A DNA stretch of 64,000 nt from an uncultured Nitrososphaeraceae archaeon (GCA_963825865.1 CAWGVG010000057.1:32001-96000); one strand, 5' to 3'; counted from the first letter of the stretch, positions 1 through 10,917 are shown. Made by a program: numbers and translations. Notes: a model not told the origin generated them from the sequence alone.

Positions 1-241
1 CATAACCGCTGGTTGAATGATAAAAAATTACCATATCTAGTGGATAGAATGAAAGCATATCGTGATTGGCAGAATCTGATACCATATGCCGTAGATGAAT
101 TCTTTCCCATGCAAACAGATCATCAATTTTCCCATCAAAATAAAAAGAACTTCCGCATGGACATTCTACATCTCTCCAACTACCTTGCATATTTTGAAGC
201 CAATTATTGGTATTTGCTGCTTTTTTGTTGCTAAAAGACAT
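1..241 (-). CDS. hypothetical protein running off the window edge, with a possible CxC...HxxH zinc-binding motif
   Basis: Manual translation from ATG at 241: MSFSNKKAANTNNWLQNMQGSWRDVECPCGSSFYFDGKIDDLFAWERIHLRH..., open to the window edge. Confidence 0.35.
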   Translation of the reverse strand, partial: MSFSNKKAANTNNWLQNMQGSWRDVECPCGSSFYFDGKIDDLFAWERIHLRHMVSDSANHDMLSFYPLDMVIFYHSTSGY

Positions 242-501
242 AACTTAGTATTGAAGTTTCATCATAATATATGCCTATATCATCGTTGTTAAACTATAGT
301 GATAGGGTTTGTAATCAACAAGTAATATACAGAGAATAGATTCTCCCTCTGTATAGGAAATATACAGAGGGATACTGCAGTGCACAGACAACAAATGATG
401 CATTTAACAGTTGCAGGATGCATGTTAAGTAATTATGAATGAGAAGGTAAATCTGTTGGAAATATTTAGTTGTTCGCGCATTTTGAGGACATACGGCTAA
501 A

Positions 502-604
502 ATGTAAAGATTCTAGAAAGACAATGTTTGACTTTACAACTAGTCGTTATGTAAAGATTCTAGAAAGACAATGTTTGACTTTACAACTAGTCGTTATGTA
601 AAGA
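502..604. repeat. 47-bp perfect tandem duplication (2 full copies plus 9 bp)
   Basis: The unit atgtaaagattctagaaagacaatgtttgactttacaactagtcgtt occurs at 502-548 and 549-595, with a partial copy at 596-604. Confidence 0.95.
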
Positions 605-851
605 ATCTGTTTCTCGATCTTTTGACAGGTTTAGAGAGAGAAATAAACTCCAATATTAACGGAAGTTGACAAATTGTTATCTTTATATAATTTTTGAGCT
701 ATAAAGACATTATATTGCTTTTCCATGAAAACAATGGATAAACCAATTATGTAGTCCTACAAATAAATAAATAAATGTGTTTTTTATTCTGTTATTCCTT
801 TCTTTCGTGAAATAGCTTGCTTTACTACAAAATGACAAGTTGAAACTATAT

Positions 852-2799
852 TTACGTCTTCCTTCTTTCAATAGTCGCATTACTGCAATCAATGCCTTTC
901 CATATTATATCAAATCCTAATTTAGAAATAAGAGTAATATGACAAGATTCTGGAATACCATTTTTTGCAAGTAGTAGTTGGACATCATCAAATTTAACTA
1001 CGTTACCTAAAAGTAGCTCTAATTCCTTTACTTTGGATTTTAATATTAAATATCTGTCTACTATTATGTATTTACTATCGTTATCATCATTATTCTTCTT
1101 CTTTTTTTGTGATTCTTCTTCTGATTTAATGATTCTCAAAGCTGACTCAACTGGAATATTATATTTTTTGGCTATTTCATTAATCGATACAATACCGTTA
1201 TTAGAACTATCGACAATAATATGTTCGAGGTCCCTTAGTAAATCCATATAATTATTACTTGCAAATTTTTCTATCATTTCGTGGTCGATAGACTTCAAAT
1301 AATCCAAGATGTACCTAAGGGGCACATTGTCTTTTCTGTATAATATTAAATGATTTTTGTCTATGAAACCGGATAGTTTTGAGCTGGTTATCTTTTCCTT
1401 ATCGTTATAACTATTAGGAGTAGCATAATAGTCATTATTTACAGCTATCAGGAAATCGATTTTATTATAAGATACTGTCATGACATCTGTTATTTTTTGT
1501 ATTTTCCTTTCAAGATACTCTTTAGTCCAGAACCCAACTATCTCAAGATATATTTTTCTACCATGTTTTTCAAACATGAAGTCAGGGATAAGCGCTTTGC
1601 CATTAGATACAATCAGTGGGTCGGGTTCTCTTACTAACTTCCAACCATTGGCAGACTGCTCAAATCTGCTGGCGAATTTTTCTTCTATATTGCTGTCAAA
1701 GTGAATGGCAGTAGCATCATAAGTCGGAAACTCATTCTTTTCTTTATTATCTTTGTTATCATTTTTTTCTATATCTCGATAAGGCTCTTTTAGCAAAGTA
1801 GGAGATTCTACATTTGAAATTTCAAATTCATAAATCTTCTTACCAGATGACATAGTCTTCCTCACAATCCAAGCCTTAATGGACCATGTTTCAGCAGAAA
1901 TTATTGATGGGAGTAATTTTGCTATAGATGTTCCATATCTGTCAGTTAATTTGAAGATGCTCAAAGGACCATCTATAGAACAGACAATTATGGTATTGTT
2001 TTTCATACTATCGCCATATGCTTTTACGTCAGTAGTCTCCTTCATTTGTTGGTGCACCTGTTTTGGTTCTTCTTTGCGCTCTAATGTCTGCATCTGCAGA
2101 TTGTACATTAGCCCAAGTCTCTTTACATCCCTCAATATACGCTTCCAGTTTGATCCCCCATGCACATAGAACTCTAGCTTTGTGCAATTGAATAACAAGG
2201 TCTGCATCAATGATAGGTTATACCATGCTATTAGTTGTTCTGGGCTTATTTTGTAAAATTGCTCCAGTATCATATTTTCTTCTAAATCACTCCACATGTC
2301 ATCTGCTATATTGTCAGCAGATGCACACAATCTTGACGCAACTGTGTTCATTATTTCCGCTCTCTCATAATTTGTCAAGGCAAATCCTCTCTTTGAGGAT
2401 TCTTCAAATAGAATCTTTTCTGATAGTGAATGGTTCAATATATGTAGTATTGACAGTAGCAATGTTATTGCTACCAGCATCATTGTTGATATTGTTACCG
2501 ATGTTGTTTATTCTTGTAGTAAAACTTCGCTTACTTCTAAAGACACATCTTCTTTCAAGGAGAGTGTAAAATCCTCTTACAAGTTTATAACTATCATACT
2601 GAGATTCCATAAGGGAAATTCTTTCTGCAAGCGAACCGTTTCTGTCTTTCTTCTTTGAGGATTCTTCAAACTCTTCAATGATCTTTCCAGCTAATTGCAG
2701 TTGTTCGGCAAACTTTTCATCAACAGATGTACAAAACAGAGGAGCTATATTTTTTCCCTTCTTTGTTATTCTAATTCTAAGTAATTGAAGTGGTAGCAT
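852..2799 (-). CDS. DUF790 family (Bax1-like) predicted endonuclease, split by one frameshift
   Basis: ORFs 2404-2799 and 852-2483 overlap. Motifs: MLPLQLL, KLVRGFYTLLERRC, YNLSLMQTLLF, DGPLSIFKLTDRYG, and a PD-(D/E)xK-like REPDPL...IPDF...YLEIVGFWTKEYL. Confidence 0.85.
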
Positions 2800-2992
2800 A
2801 TCCTTCTAATATCTACTCCTTCCTCTTATTTCTGCTATATACTAAACCTAATACAGAAATTGAATAACTATTTGCAGGAATTAATATTGTACTTCTCATG
2901 CTTGCAGCAATAGGAATAATGGCATTTGCCTATCCATATTTTTATATATACTTGAATATTGATTTGTAGACATAAGATAGTGATGATATATC

Positions 2993-3319
2993 ATGACAGT
3001 AGATGAAAGATTGTTACAATTCCTGAAGGAAGGCAAGGACTGGGAAAGAAAGGCTACTAGTATAGCAGGAGTATTTCTGCTAAAAATGCCTACATTTAAG
3101 GGAAGGCCTGCATCTCTGGCCGTAGAGATAAATCCTGTAGATTCTTCTGGTTTGACCTCTAAGAAGAGAGGCGTCGTAGTAAGATCAGGAATAGAGCTAG
3201 AAGAAATCAACCGGCTACTCTCTAACTCGAAACTGGTCCAATTGGCAAAGAGTATAGATGAAGTTAATCCTGAAAAGAGGCTATCTCTAAAGAGCGAAGG
3301 CGACATATTCGAGATCTGA
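2993..3319 (+). CDS. hypothetical protein (108 aa)
   Basis: Clean ORF with a globular-looking sequence, an AT-rich TATA-like upstream region and a T-tract downstream. Confidence 0.75.
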   Translation: MTVDERLLQFLKEGKDWERKATSIAGVFLLKMPTFKGRPASLAVEINPVDSSGLTSKKRGVVVRSGIELEEINRLLSNSKLVQLAKSIDEVNPEKRLSLKSEGDIFEI

Positions 3320-3429
3320 CCGAAGAATCTATGAGTGCTTCAACTTGCTTTTTTTAATATTGAATTTTTAATAAAAATACATATATGATGTTAGCTGGTA
3401 GCTGTAGATGATTTATTTATATTTACTAT

Positions 3430-5676
3430 ATGTGTTCATCAGATACTGATGTGAATAATTCTCAGCCAGCTGCTGAACCATCGTCTGTACATATAGGGCA
3501 TCCGCTTATATGGGATAGTTCTATAGAGTTAAGACTCTATCAGAAGAACATAGCAGAATCAGCCTATCGCAGAAACACAATGGTGATTCTTCCAACTGCA
3601 CTAGGCAAGACAGTGATATCTCTGCTTGTATGTGCGGACATGCTTTACAATTACAGGGATAGACGGATCTTGATGATGGCACCTACAAGACCTCTTATAT
3701 CACAACATATGAAATCCTTCTCTTCGATTTTGAAAATTTTAGATGAACAAGTAGCAGGTGTTACTGGCAAGACTCCTCCCGAAGCCAGGAGAGCAGTATG
3801 GGATAAGAAGGATAGTAGACTAATTTTCGCCACACCTCAAGTTGTGAAAAATGATCTAGAGGAAGGCAGACTTCATTTACGGGATTTTAGCTTGCTAGTC
3901 TTTGACGAGGCTCACAGAGCAGTCAAAGATTATGCTTATACTTCAATAGCTAAGGAATACATCAATCATTCATCTTGTCCTGTCATACTAGCTATGACTG
4001 CTAGCCCTGGAGCTGAAAGAAAGAGGGTGCAAGAGATATGTGATAACCTCTTCATTGAGCATGTAGAGTACCGTAGTGAAGATGCACCTGATGTAAAACC
4101 ATATGTTAACCCAATAGATGTTAAATGGGAGAAGTTTGACCTTCCAGAAGAATATCGGTACATTATATCAACACTAAGATCTATGCTCGATGAGAGATTA
4201 AGGTGGCTTATTCAAAGAGGGATACTCCGAAAGAAGAGTATTGAATGGGTCTTTAAGAGAGATTTAATAGAGGCAGGAGAGGCTCTTCGATATAGACTGG
4301 AGCTTACGATGGAAGAGCAAAGACCGCCATTGTATAATGCCATTATGAACCAGTCCTCTGCTTTGACGCTGATGTATTGCCTTGAGCTAATGGGAAGTCA
4401 AGGATCTTATTCATTGAAAGCGTTCCTAGATAGAATGGAGGAAGATGGAGGAAAGACACATTCGTTGCTTCTCAAGGATCCTCGAATCATTGAGATTAAA
4501 GTACTGATAGCAGGTATCACAAAGGAACATCCAAAGATCCAACGGCTAGCAGAGCTAGTAAAAGAACATCATTCGTATGTCAGAGATCGAAGAACTAGTT
4601 CTAATTCAAAGGTTTTGGTATTTACTCAATATAGAGATACTGCTAGACATATAGTAGATATCTTATCAAGAAATGGTATCCCGTCTTCTAGGTTTGTCGG
4701 ACAGGCAAAGAGGCAGGGAGACGAAGGAATGAAACAGGATGAGCAGGCATCTGTTCTTGAATCTTTCAAGAATGGTGAGTTTGACGTACTTGTGGCTACA
4801 TCTATAGCTGAAGAGGGACTTGACATACCTGAAGTAGACCTAGTTGTATTCTATGAACCTATACCTAGTGAAATACGATATATCCAAAGAAAAGGTAGGA
4901 CAGGAAGAAAATCAGCTGGCATGGTGACTATACTTGCAGCTAACGATACTGTAGACATACGTCACCTCTACGCTAGTAATCAACGAGCAGAAAAGATGAA
5001 GAAGTCTTTGAATATGATCAATACAGTCCTAAAACCCATTAATAGAGCATTCTTGGGGCCAAATCCTATGACCTCCGAAGAATTATCTATCCTCGAGAAT
5101 AGAAGACGAAGACTGGACGAACGTCTAGGCAAAACAGTTGAATCAGAACTTGATAAAGGCAGGTTATTGGATACCGAGATTGCAAACAGAACAAACCAAC
5201 TACGTGAAAGCAAGAAACAGACCTCGTTGTTGCTTGAAGCAGAGTTGGTGACTGGTAACTTCATGAGACAAGTATACAGGGCCGCAAGGAGTATTCATTC
5301 TGAGTTGGCAAAGGCTGGAAGACGTGGGATTGATGTTGACATACTCCGTGACAATCTTGCTTTTGAATATCCTGTGTTGATTGAAGCATTAAAGAAACTT
5401 GAAAAGCTGAGGAGGATAGAGTGGCTAGATGATACTACCGTCGTAATACCAGATAGTTTGAAACAAGTTCCCGGTAAAATATATGTTATATATGTGGAGA
5501 AGATTGTACAGGGCAAAGCACTTGTGATAGTAGACGATAAGTGGCATGCAAGGTTGAACCACTACGACTATGAAGGTCCAAGGGAGCTTTTAAAGAGCGG
5601 ATCAGAGCTTAGAGTTATCGGAGAACTATATCATGACGATGGGGTATTGAATATAAGGGTAAAACAAATAGTCTGA
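3430..5676 (+). CDS. Hef/FANCM/Mph1-like SF2 (DEAH) helicase without a C-terminal ERCC4 nuclease
   Basis: Motifs: ELRLYQ (Q motif), PTALGKT, APTRPL, ATPQ, FDEAHRA, MTASPG, VATSIAEEGLDIP, QRKGRTGR. Confidence 0.9.
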   Translation: MCSSDTDVNNSQPAAEPSSVHIGHPLIWDSSIELRLYQKNIAESAYRRNTMVILPTALGKTVISLLVCADMLYNYRDRRILMMAPTRPLISQHMKSFSSILKILDEQVAGVTGKTPPEARRAVWDKKDSRLIFATPQVVKNDLEEGRLHLRDFSLLVFDEAHRAVKDYAYTSIAKEYINHSSCPVILAMTASPGAERKRVQEICDNLFIEHVEYRSEDAPDVKPYVNPIDVKWEKFDLPEEYRYIISTLRSMLDERLRWLIQRGILRKKSIEWVFKRDLIEAGEALRYRLELTMEEQRPPLYNAIMNQSSALTLMYCLELMGSQGSYSLKAFLDRMEEDGGKTHSLLLKDPRIIEIKVLIAGITKEHPKIQRLAELVKEHHSYVRDRRTSSNSKVLVFTQYRDTARHIVDILSRNGIPSSRFVGQAKRQGDEGMKQDEQASVLESFKNGEFDVLVATSIAEEGLDIPEVDLVVFYEPIPSEIRYIQRKGRTGRKSAGMVTILAANDTVDIRHLYASNQRAEKMKKSLNMINTVLKPINRAFLGPNPMTSEELSILENRRRRLDERLGKTVESELDKGRLLDTEIANRTNQLRESKKQTSLLLEAELVTGNFMRQVYRAARSIHSELAKAGRRGIDVDILRDNLAFEYPVLIEALKKLEKLRRIEWLDDTTVVIPDSLKQVPGKIYVIYVEKIVQGKALVIVDDKWHARLNHYDYEGPRELLKSGSELRVIGELYHDDGVLNIRVKQIV

Positions 5677-5778
5677 ATAAAAGAATGTAAATAATGTGTT
5701 TTTTTAATTAATATATTATGATATGACATAAAATGCGGATATATTTCATTCCAATCTTTTTCGACTATCTACTTATAG

Positions 5779-5853
5779 CGGGCCCGATGGGCTTCGATCC
5801 CACGACCTGCGGTTCCGAAGACCGCCGCGATATCCTGACTACGCTACGGGCCC
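5779..5853 (-). tRNA. tRNA-Arg (anticodon TCG), intronless
   Basis: The reverse complement GGGCCCGTAGCGTAGTCAGGATATCGCGGCGGTCTTCGGAACCGCAGGTCGTGGGATCGAAGCCCATCGGGCCCG folds as a cloverleaf. The anticodon arm is GCGGT-CT TCG GA-ACCGC. Confidence 0.93.
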
Positions 5854-6230
5854 AAGTAAGGTTCGTTGAGACCCGCCCTATATCAATCGAACTATTCGTG
5901 AATAGATTCTGTAGATCAATCTTTTATACTGATATTAATAAACAGGCTAACTAAAATATGTAAAAAAACCTTTGTTTTAGGTTCCTGCTTGTTTCATATG
6001 CCCTAGGAATTGCTAGGAAGTTGTTTCCTCATCTAAAGAAATACGCATAGAGAATTGGATATTTGTCTTCTAAATCTAATTTATTAAATTCACAAATATT
6101 TGTTATAATGCGTGTGTGCAATCATGGCCTTGAAAATTATATGAGTAATAATATTAAATGGAAGCAATGTTACGTTTATAATTAATACATAACAATTTAT
6201 CTCGGTAAATTTTTCATTTAATATATTTAA

Positions 6231-7419
6231 TTGAAAGTTTCTGATAGGACATGTGGAGTAGAATATGCTATACGCGATATCATTTCATATGCAAGAAAGT
6301 ATGAAAGCACTGGAAAACAGATAATCTACCTCAATATCGGAGACCCTGTAAAATATGATTTTAGAACTCCTGAACATATCAAACGTGCATTAATCGACGC
6401 CGTCGAGAACAATAAAAACTACTATGCAGAATCAGAAGGACTGCCGGAGCTAAGAAAAGCTATTGTAGAAAAAGAGTCTCAAAAAGGACTCTCAGTAACC
6501 GAAGAAGATGTGTTGGTCACTAATGGTGTTTCCGAAGGCCTTGATATGACTATGGCTTCGATAATTGATCCTAATTCAGAGGTTCTCATGCCCGGACCAT
6601 ATTATCCACCTTACGCATCATATGTCAAATTTTATGGAGGAAAACCTGTTGAATTTAAACTGCATGAAGATGGTAAACCTGATATGGAAGATATAATGTC
6701 CAAAATTACTTCCAAATCCCGTGCAATGTGTATAATTAGCCCAAATAATCCCACCGGTGAAGTTTTTGATCGTAAAAGTCTGCAACAGCTAATTGATATT
6801 GCAGCCGAGCACGATTTGTATGTGATCTGTGACGAAATCTATGACAAAATTGTTTTTGGAGATCAATTTACTGGGATTGGCAAAGTGGCAAAAGATGCTC
6901 CAGTGATTTTGCTTAATGGTTTTTCTAAAGCATACTTGATGACCGGCTGGCGATGTGGCTATATTTGTACAAATGGTAATTCCAGAAAACTCAATGAGAT
7001 ACGTAAAAATATACCAAAACTTGCTCGAGTACGTATTTCTACCAATTTACCTGTTCAGATAGCTGCCAGTACAGGCGTTGCAAGGCCCACAAGATCATAT
7101 CAAAGAGATGGTGGAGAAATTACGCAGACGAAGAGATTATGTAGTAAGGAGTCTAAACGCAATAGAAGGAATTTCATGTAAGATGCCCCAAGGTGCTTTC
7201 TATGTATTTCCAAAAATTAACCTGGATTCTCGTTGGAAAGATGATAAGCAATTTGTTCTTGATCTTCTTAATGACACAGGAGTTCTAACAGTACACGGAT
7301 CAGGATTTGGGACGGCGTTTGGTGCAGGTCATTTTAGAATAGTTTATCTTCCTACAGAAGAGGTCCTTGTGCAGGCAATGGATAAACTGGAGCATTTTAT
7401 ATATAAATCAAGCAAATAA
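6231..7419 (+). CDS. PLP-dependent class I/II aminotransferase (alanine/aspartate aminotransferase-like), frameshifted near 7070
   Basis: Motifs: YAIRD, LNIGDP, SPNNPTG, DEIYD, NGFSKAYLMTGWRCGY; the second ORF carries PQGAFYVFP and HGSGFG. Confidence 0.9.
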
Positions 7420-7447
7420 TTAAAAGTGGTTTCAACATGTTGTATCA

Positions 7448-8368
7448 GTGAACTTGTCTATTTCAAGGACGCCATCGTGGCAGAGGCGGGATAGTGGCCT
7501 AACCGCTAGGATAATTCTTAGTTTCGCTATACTATCATTTCTATATCTCATATTCCTCAGTATACTTGTATATGTTGGGCTTGATTTTATTTCTATAACT
7601 GTAATAGCATCAATAATGATTGTTTTACAATGGTATTTCTCTGACAAGATAGTCCTTTGGAGTTCTGGAGCAAAGATAGTCACACGGGAACAATTTCCAA
7701 AATTACATGATATTATAGAGAGAATTGTTGCAAGAAATAATCTTCCAAAGCCAAAGATAGCTGTAATTAATACTAATATGCCTAATGCTTTTGCAACAGG
7801 TAAAGGACCTAAGAGTTCGGTAGTTGCTGTAACTACTGGTATTATAGATCTACTGGATATAGAGGAGTTAGAAGGCGTAGTGGCACACGAGCTGACACAT
7901 ATTAGAAATAGAGATGTATTGGTTTTAACTCTTGCAAGCGTGTTCTCTACCGTTGCTTGGTATCTTATGCAGTTTGGATTCTACGGCGGGATGGGCTATG
8001 GATATGGCGGTGGTAGGGATCGCAATAATAACGGTGGTGGTATGATACTTGTAATAATTGGAGCAATGCTAACATGGATTATCAGTTTTCTGATTATCCG
8101 GGCAATATCTCGATACAGAGAATTTGCTGCAGATAGGGGATCTGCACAACTGACGGGAAAACCTGTGAAATTGGCTAATGCTCTAATGAAGATTAGTGGT
8201 ACTATGAAGCAGGTGCCTACAAAAGACTTGCGACGAGTAGAAGGATTAAATGCATTTTTTATTATTCCAGCTGTCACTGGTAGCACAATTGGAAATCTTT
8301 TCTCTACCCATCCTCCAGTTGAAAAGAGAATACAGAAACTCATGGAGATGGAGGCTTCCATGAGTTGA
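7448..8368 (+). CDS. htpX: zinc metalloprotease HtpX (M48)
   Basis: Motifs: PNAFATG, AHELTH (HExxH), SRYREFAADRG, FSTHPPVEKRI; several TM segments. Confidence 0.95.
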   Translation: MNLSISRTPSWQRRDSGLTARIILSFAILSFLYLIFLSILVYVGLDFISITVIASIMIVLQWYFSDKIVLWSSGAKIVTREQFPKLHDIIERIVARNNLPKPKIAVINTNMPNAFATGKGPKSSVVAVTTGIIDLLDIEELEGVVAHELTHIRNRDVLVLTLASVFSTVAWYLMQFGFYGGMGYGYGGGRDRNNNGGGMILVIIGAMLTWIISFLIIRAISRYREFAADRGSAQLTGKPVKLANALMKISGTMKQVPTKDLRRVEGLNAFFIIPAVTGSTIGNLFSTHPPVEKRIQKLMEMEASMS

Positions 8369-8958
8369 GTTTCTTTCGAAAATTCAGAAAGAGTATTAAC
8401 AACAATAAGCCAAAAACAGATTCTGATGCGATATTTTCGCTCTCTTCAGCATACATTACCATGGAAACTAAACTTGGTTTGAAAAACACTAGTAGATGTG
8501 CTGTGAGTCTCAAAAGTGTTAGCGGAATGTATTTTACCGAAATGAAAGATGATATACAGCGATTTCTTAACGCCAGCAAAGCCGAATTTGAATTGTCTTA
8601 TAATATAGTTACTGATTCTTATGGTTATCTTTGGGTAATACTTCAAGGGAAGAGTATGGAAGATATTCTAGCACAGCTAATTGCGGTCGGAGATACTATA
8701 CAGGATAAAGGATTTTCCAGCCAGTTACTTGCTGCAATATTTGAATTTAGTAATGAGGGGAAAAATAATAACAACAAGAATCACCGTCAGTATTTAATTT
8801 ATAACTATAAGTATAACAAGTTTTATCCTTTTGTTCCTATTGGTTCGGAAATAAGAAATACGGAGGAAGAGATGAGAATAATGGCTGAAATAGCAGATGA
8901 AGTACCCTTCGAAAGAGACATGACCCTCTGGTATCCTCTCTGGGATTTGCCACTTTAA
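8365..8958 (+). CDS. PspA-associated protein PspAB-like
   Basis: Overlaps the htpX stop. Motifs DAIFSLSSAY, DSYGYLW, YLIYNYK..FYPFVP, E..MTLWYPLWD. Confidence 0.8.
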   Translation: MSFFRKFRKSINNNKPKTDSDAIFSLSSAYITMETKLGLKNTSRCAVSLKSVSGMYFTEMKDDIQRFLNASKAEFELSYNIVTDSYGYLWVILQGKSMEDILAQLIAVGDTIQDKGFSSQLLAAIFEFSNEGKNNNNKNHRQYLIYNYKYNKFYPFVPIGSEIRNTEEEMRIMAEIADEVPFERDMTLWYPLWDLPL

Positions 8959-8960
8959 CC

Positions 8961-9360
8961 TTAAATTGCTGGGACTACACCGTCGCCCTTGAAGAGATTC
9001 TTTGCTTCGTCAATTGTAAGATCAGCACTAGGCAAGATAATGTCAGATTGGATGATTTCTTTTGAATCGAGTGGTTTTCCATTTTTCTCCACAATATTTG
9101 TCAGTTCTATTAAGCGTTTTTTAAATTCAGCGTCATCTGATTCTATCTTGGTTTACTAATTGGACGATAGAGTCGTCAATTTCGTTAAGTTTTTTTAAAG
9201 TTTCGTTGTCTACAGTAAACTGACCCTGTCCCATAATTCTAACAATCTTGCTTTTTCTAACTGGTTTAGATATTGTAGAACTTGCTCTTTTTGCTGCTTT
9301 AGCAGCTACTTTCTTTTTCTTATTGGACATCATATCTTTTCTTTTTGTAAATCCCCCCAT
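8961..9360 (-). CDS. PspA-associated protein PspAA-like with a Lys-rich N-terminal extension, frameshifted
   Basis: IVRIMGQGQFTVD...LNEID, continuing in other frames as ...SDIILPSADLTIDEAK...FKGDGVVPAI*. Confidence 0.75.
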
Positions 9361-9597
9361 TTTTTTAGATGACGTATTCTTTTTATTTCTCGTTTCAGGT
9401 ACGTGTTCTTTTTAATTTAGGTGTAGATCTTTTTTCTTTCTTAGTATTATGAAGTTTTGTTTTCTTTAACGCCTTTTGCTTCTTATCCCCTGATATTGTC
9501 TTTTTTGTGGTTTTGATTCCTTTTTTCATAGATTTAGTACGGTTCATTGTTTGTACCTTTGTCCCTCCTCTACTATCTGTCTCTTTTTACGTGCCTT

Positions 9598-9705
9598 CTA
9601 TGCCTTTAACTTTGCTAATTCTTCCTCAATTGATCCTTTTATTGTAGTTTCTTCTAGTTCTCTTTCAATAATGTCATCTTTATTTGAGGTATACTCTGCA
9701 GGACT
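9598..9705 (-). pseudogene. C-terminal remnant of PspA/IM30
   Basis: Manual translation with one frameshift: EYTSNKDDIIERELEETTIK-GSIEEELAKLKA*. This resembles a PspA C-terminus and lies directly upstream of pspAA. Confidence 0.6.
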
Positions 9706-9764
9706 TTGAAATTATAATAGCTTGATTCTTTATTAAAGATGAGTAAAGATATCGAGCATATATA

Positions 9765-10073
9765 TTATCTATAATTAGACCTGTTCCATTCGTGTTCATC
9801 AGCTGGCCCATAATCCTCTTTCTTCCTGAAGTAGCCCCAATAAAGTAGAATCCCGCCTCCAACTATCATCGCAATTACAAATTTCTCATTATTAATCTGT
9901 CCATTAGTGTAATTATCTAGGTAAAATCCAAAGGAGAGTTGAGTGCTAACCACATAGAGATTTCTTAATGCAATTATAACGGCCATTACAATGAAGAGGA
10001 TTCCCATTGCAGACATCCAATTTCTTCCACGGCGGTTTTCTCTTCCCCCTCCTCTCCTTCTATAATAACCCAT
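9765..10073 (-). CDS. small membrane protein (two TM helices, Arg/Gly-rich N-terminus)
   Basis: Two hydrophobic segments; follows npdG on the same strand. Confidence 0.7.
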   Translation of the reverse strand: MGYYRRRGGGRENRRGRNWMSAMGILFIVMAVIIALRNLYVVSTQLSFGFYLDNYTNGQINNEKFVIAMIVGGGILLYWGYFRKKEDYGPADEHEWNRSNYR

Positions 10074-10078
10074 TACTT

Positions 10079-10754
10079 TTACACTAATCTAATTCCTATG
10101 TTTTTCATTTTATTTCTTTTTGCTGCATTTAGTAACATTGGTGTTAGGATTTCTGCCTGATATGTCATGGATAATGGGCCCAGATAGATAGAACGAAGAC
10201 CATTAATTTCAGAAATCAAATTGTTTAATGTCGCTATTACATTCTGATCATCGCTCGCAAACAAATGTATCTGAATCTAGACTTTGTTTTACATTTTTCA
10301 GTTTTATCTCGGAGATTGTATGAAATGCTGAAACAACTCTGGATCTGGGAGCCAAATTATCTGCTACCATGTCTGCAGCCGGTCTTTTACCTTGTTCAAG
10401 CGGAATGTAAACAAAACCTGCATCGATTCTAGCCATCGGCACAATTGGAGATACTACAATACAATCACTCCTAATTTCTTTTCCAAGTCTGCTACATGTA
10501 TCTTTGATATGTTCATATGGAATGGAGAGAATAAGCAAATCAGAATATTTAGCCACTGCAAAATTATCGTCACCTGCAATACTGCCTGTCATACTATTTT
10601 CATAGGCTATCCGAGCCAACCTTGTATAATTTTCTGCTGCTTCTTTTGCCTTCTGTGGCTCTCTTGAACCTACAATAATATCATGTCTGAAACACCATCT
10701 GAGCGCGAAACCTTCACCCATACCCCCAGTACCCCCAATTATTCCTATCCTCAT
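10079..10754 (-). CDS. npdG: F420-dependent NADP+ oxidoreductase, frameshifted near 10255
   Basis: Motifs: MRIGIIGGTGGMGEGFALR, IVGSR, VVSAFHTIS; the C-terminal frame reads GLRSIYLGPL...EILTPMLLN. Confidence 0.9.
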
Positions 10755-10917
10755 AAGATATAATTCAGTTCGCAGAAGATTGGATATTAAGGTTATCAGA
10801 ATGTGGTAGGGTCTGCGATGTAATTTGAGATTATATATATATATAGATGTATGAAAATTTTGTCATTACTATTCATTATAACAGTGAAAATTAATATTAT
10901 AATTATGCAGACTTTTA

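Noticed and set aside
502-604. Possible CRISPR array
   Set aside because: The units are directly adjacent with no unique spacers, and no cas genes are present.
852-5853. Integrated element at tRNA-Arg
   Set aside because: I found no integrase and no duplicated tRNA 3' end (att site) in the window.
5733-5954. 73-aa ORF
   Set aside because: It is an antisense shadow of tRNA-Arg.
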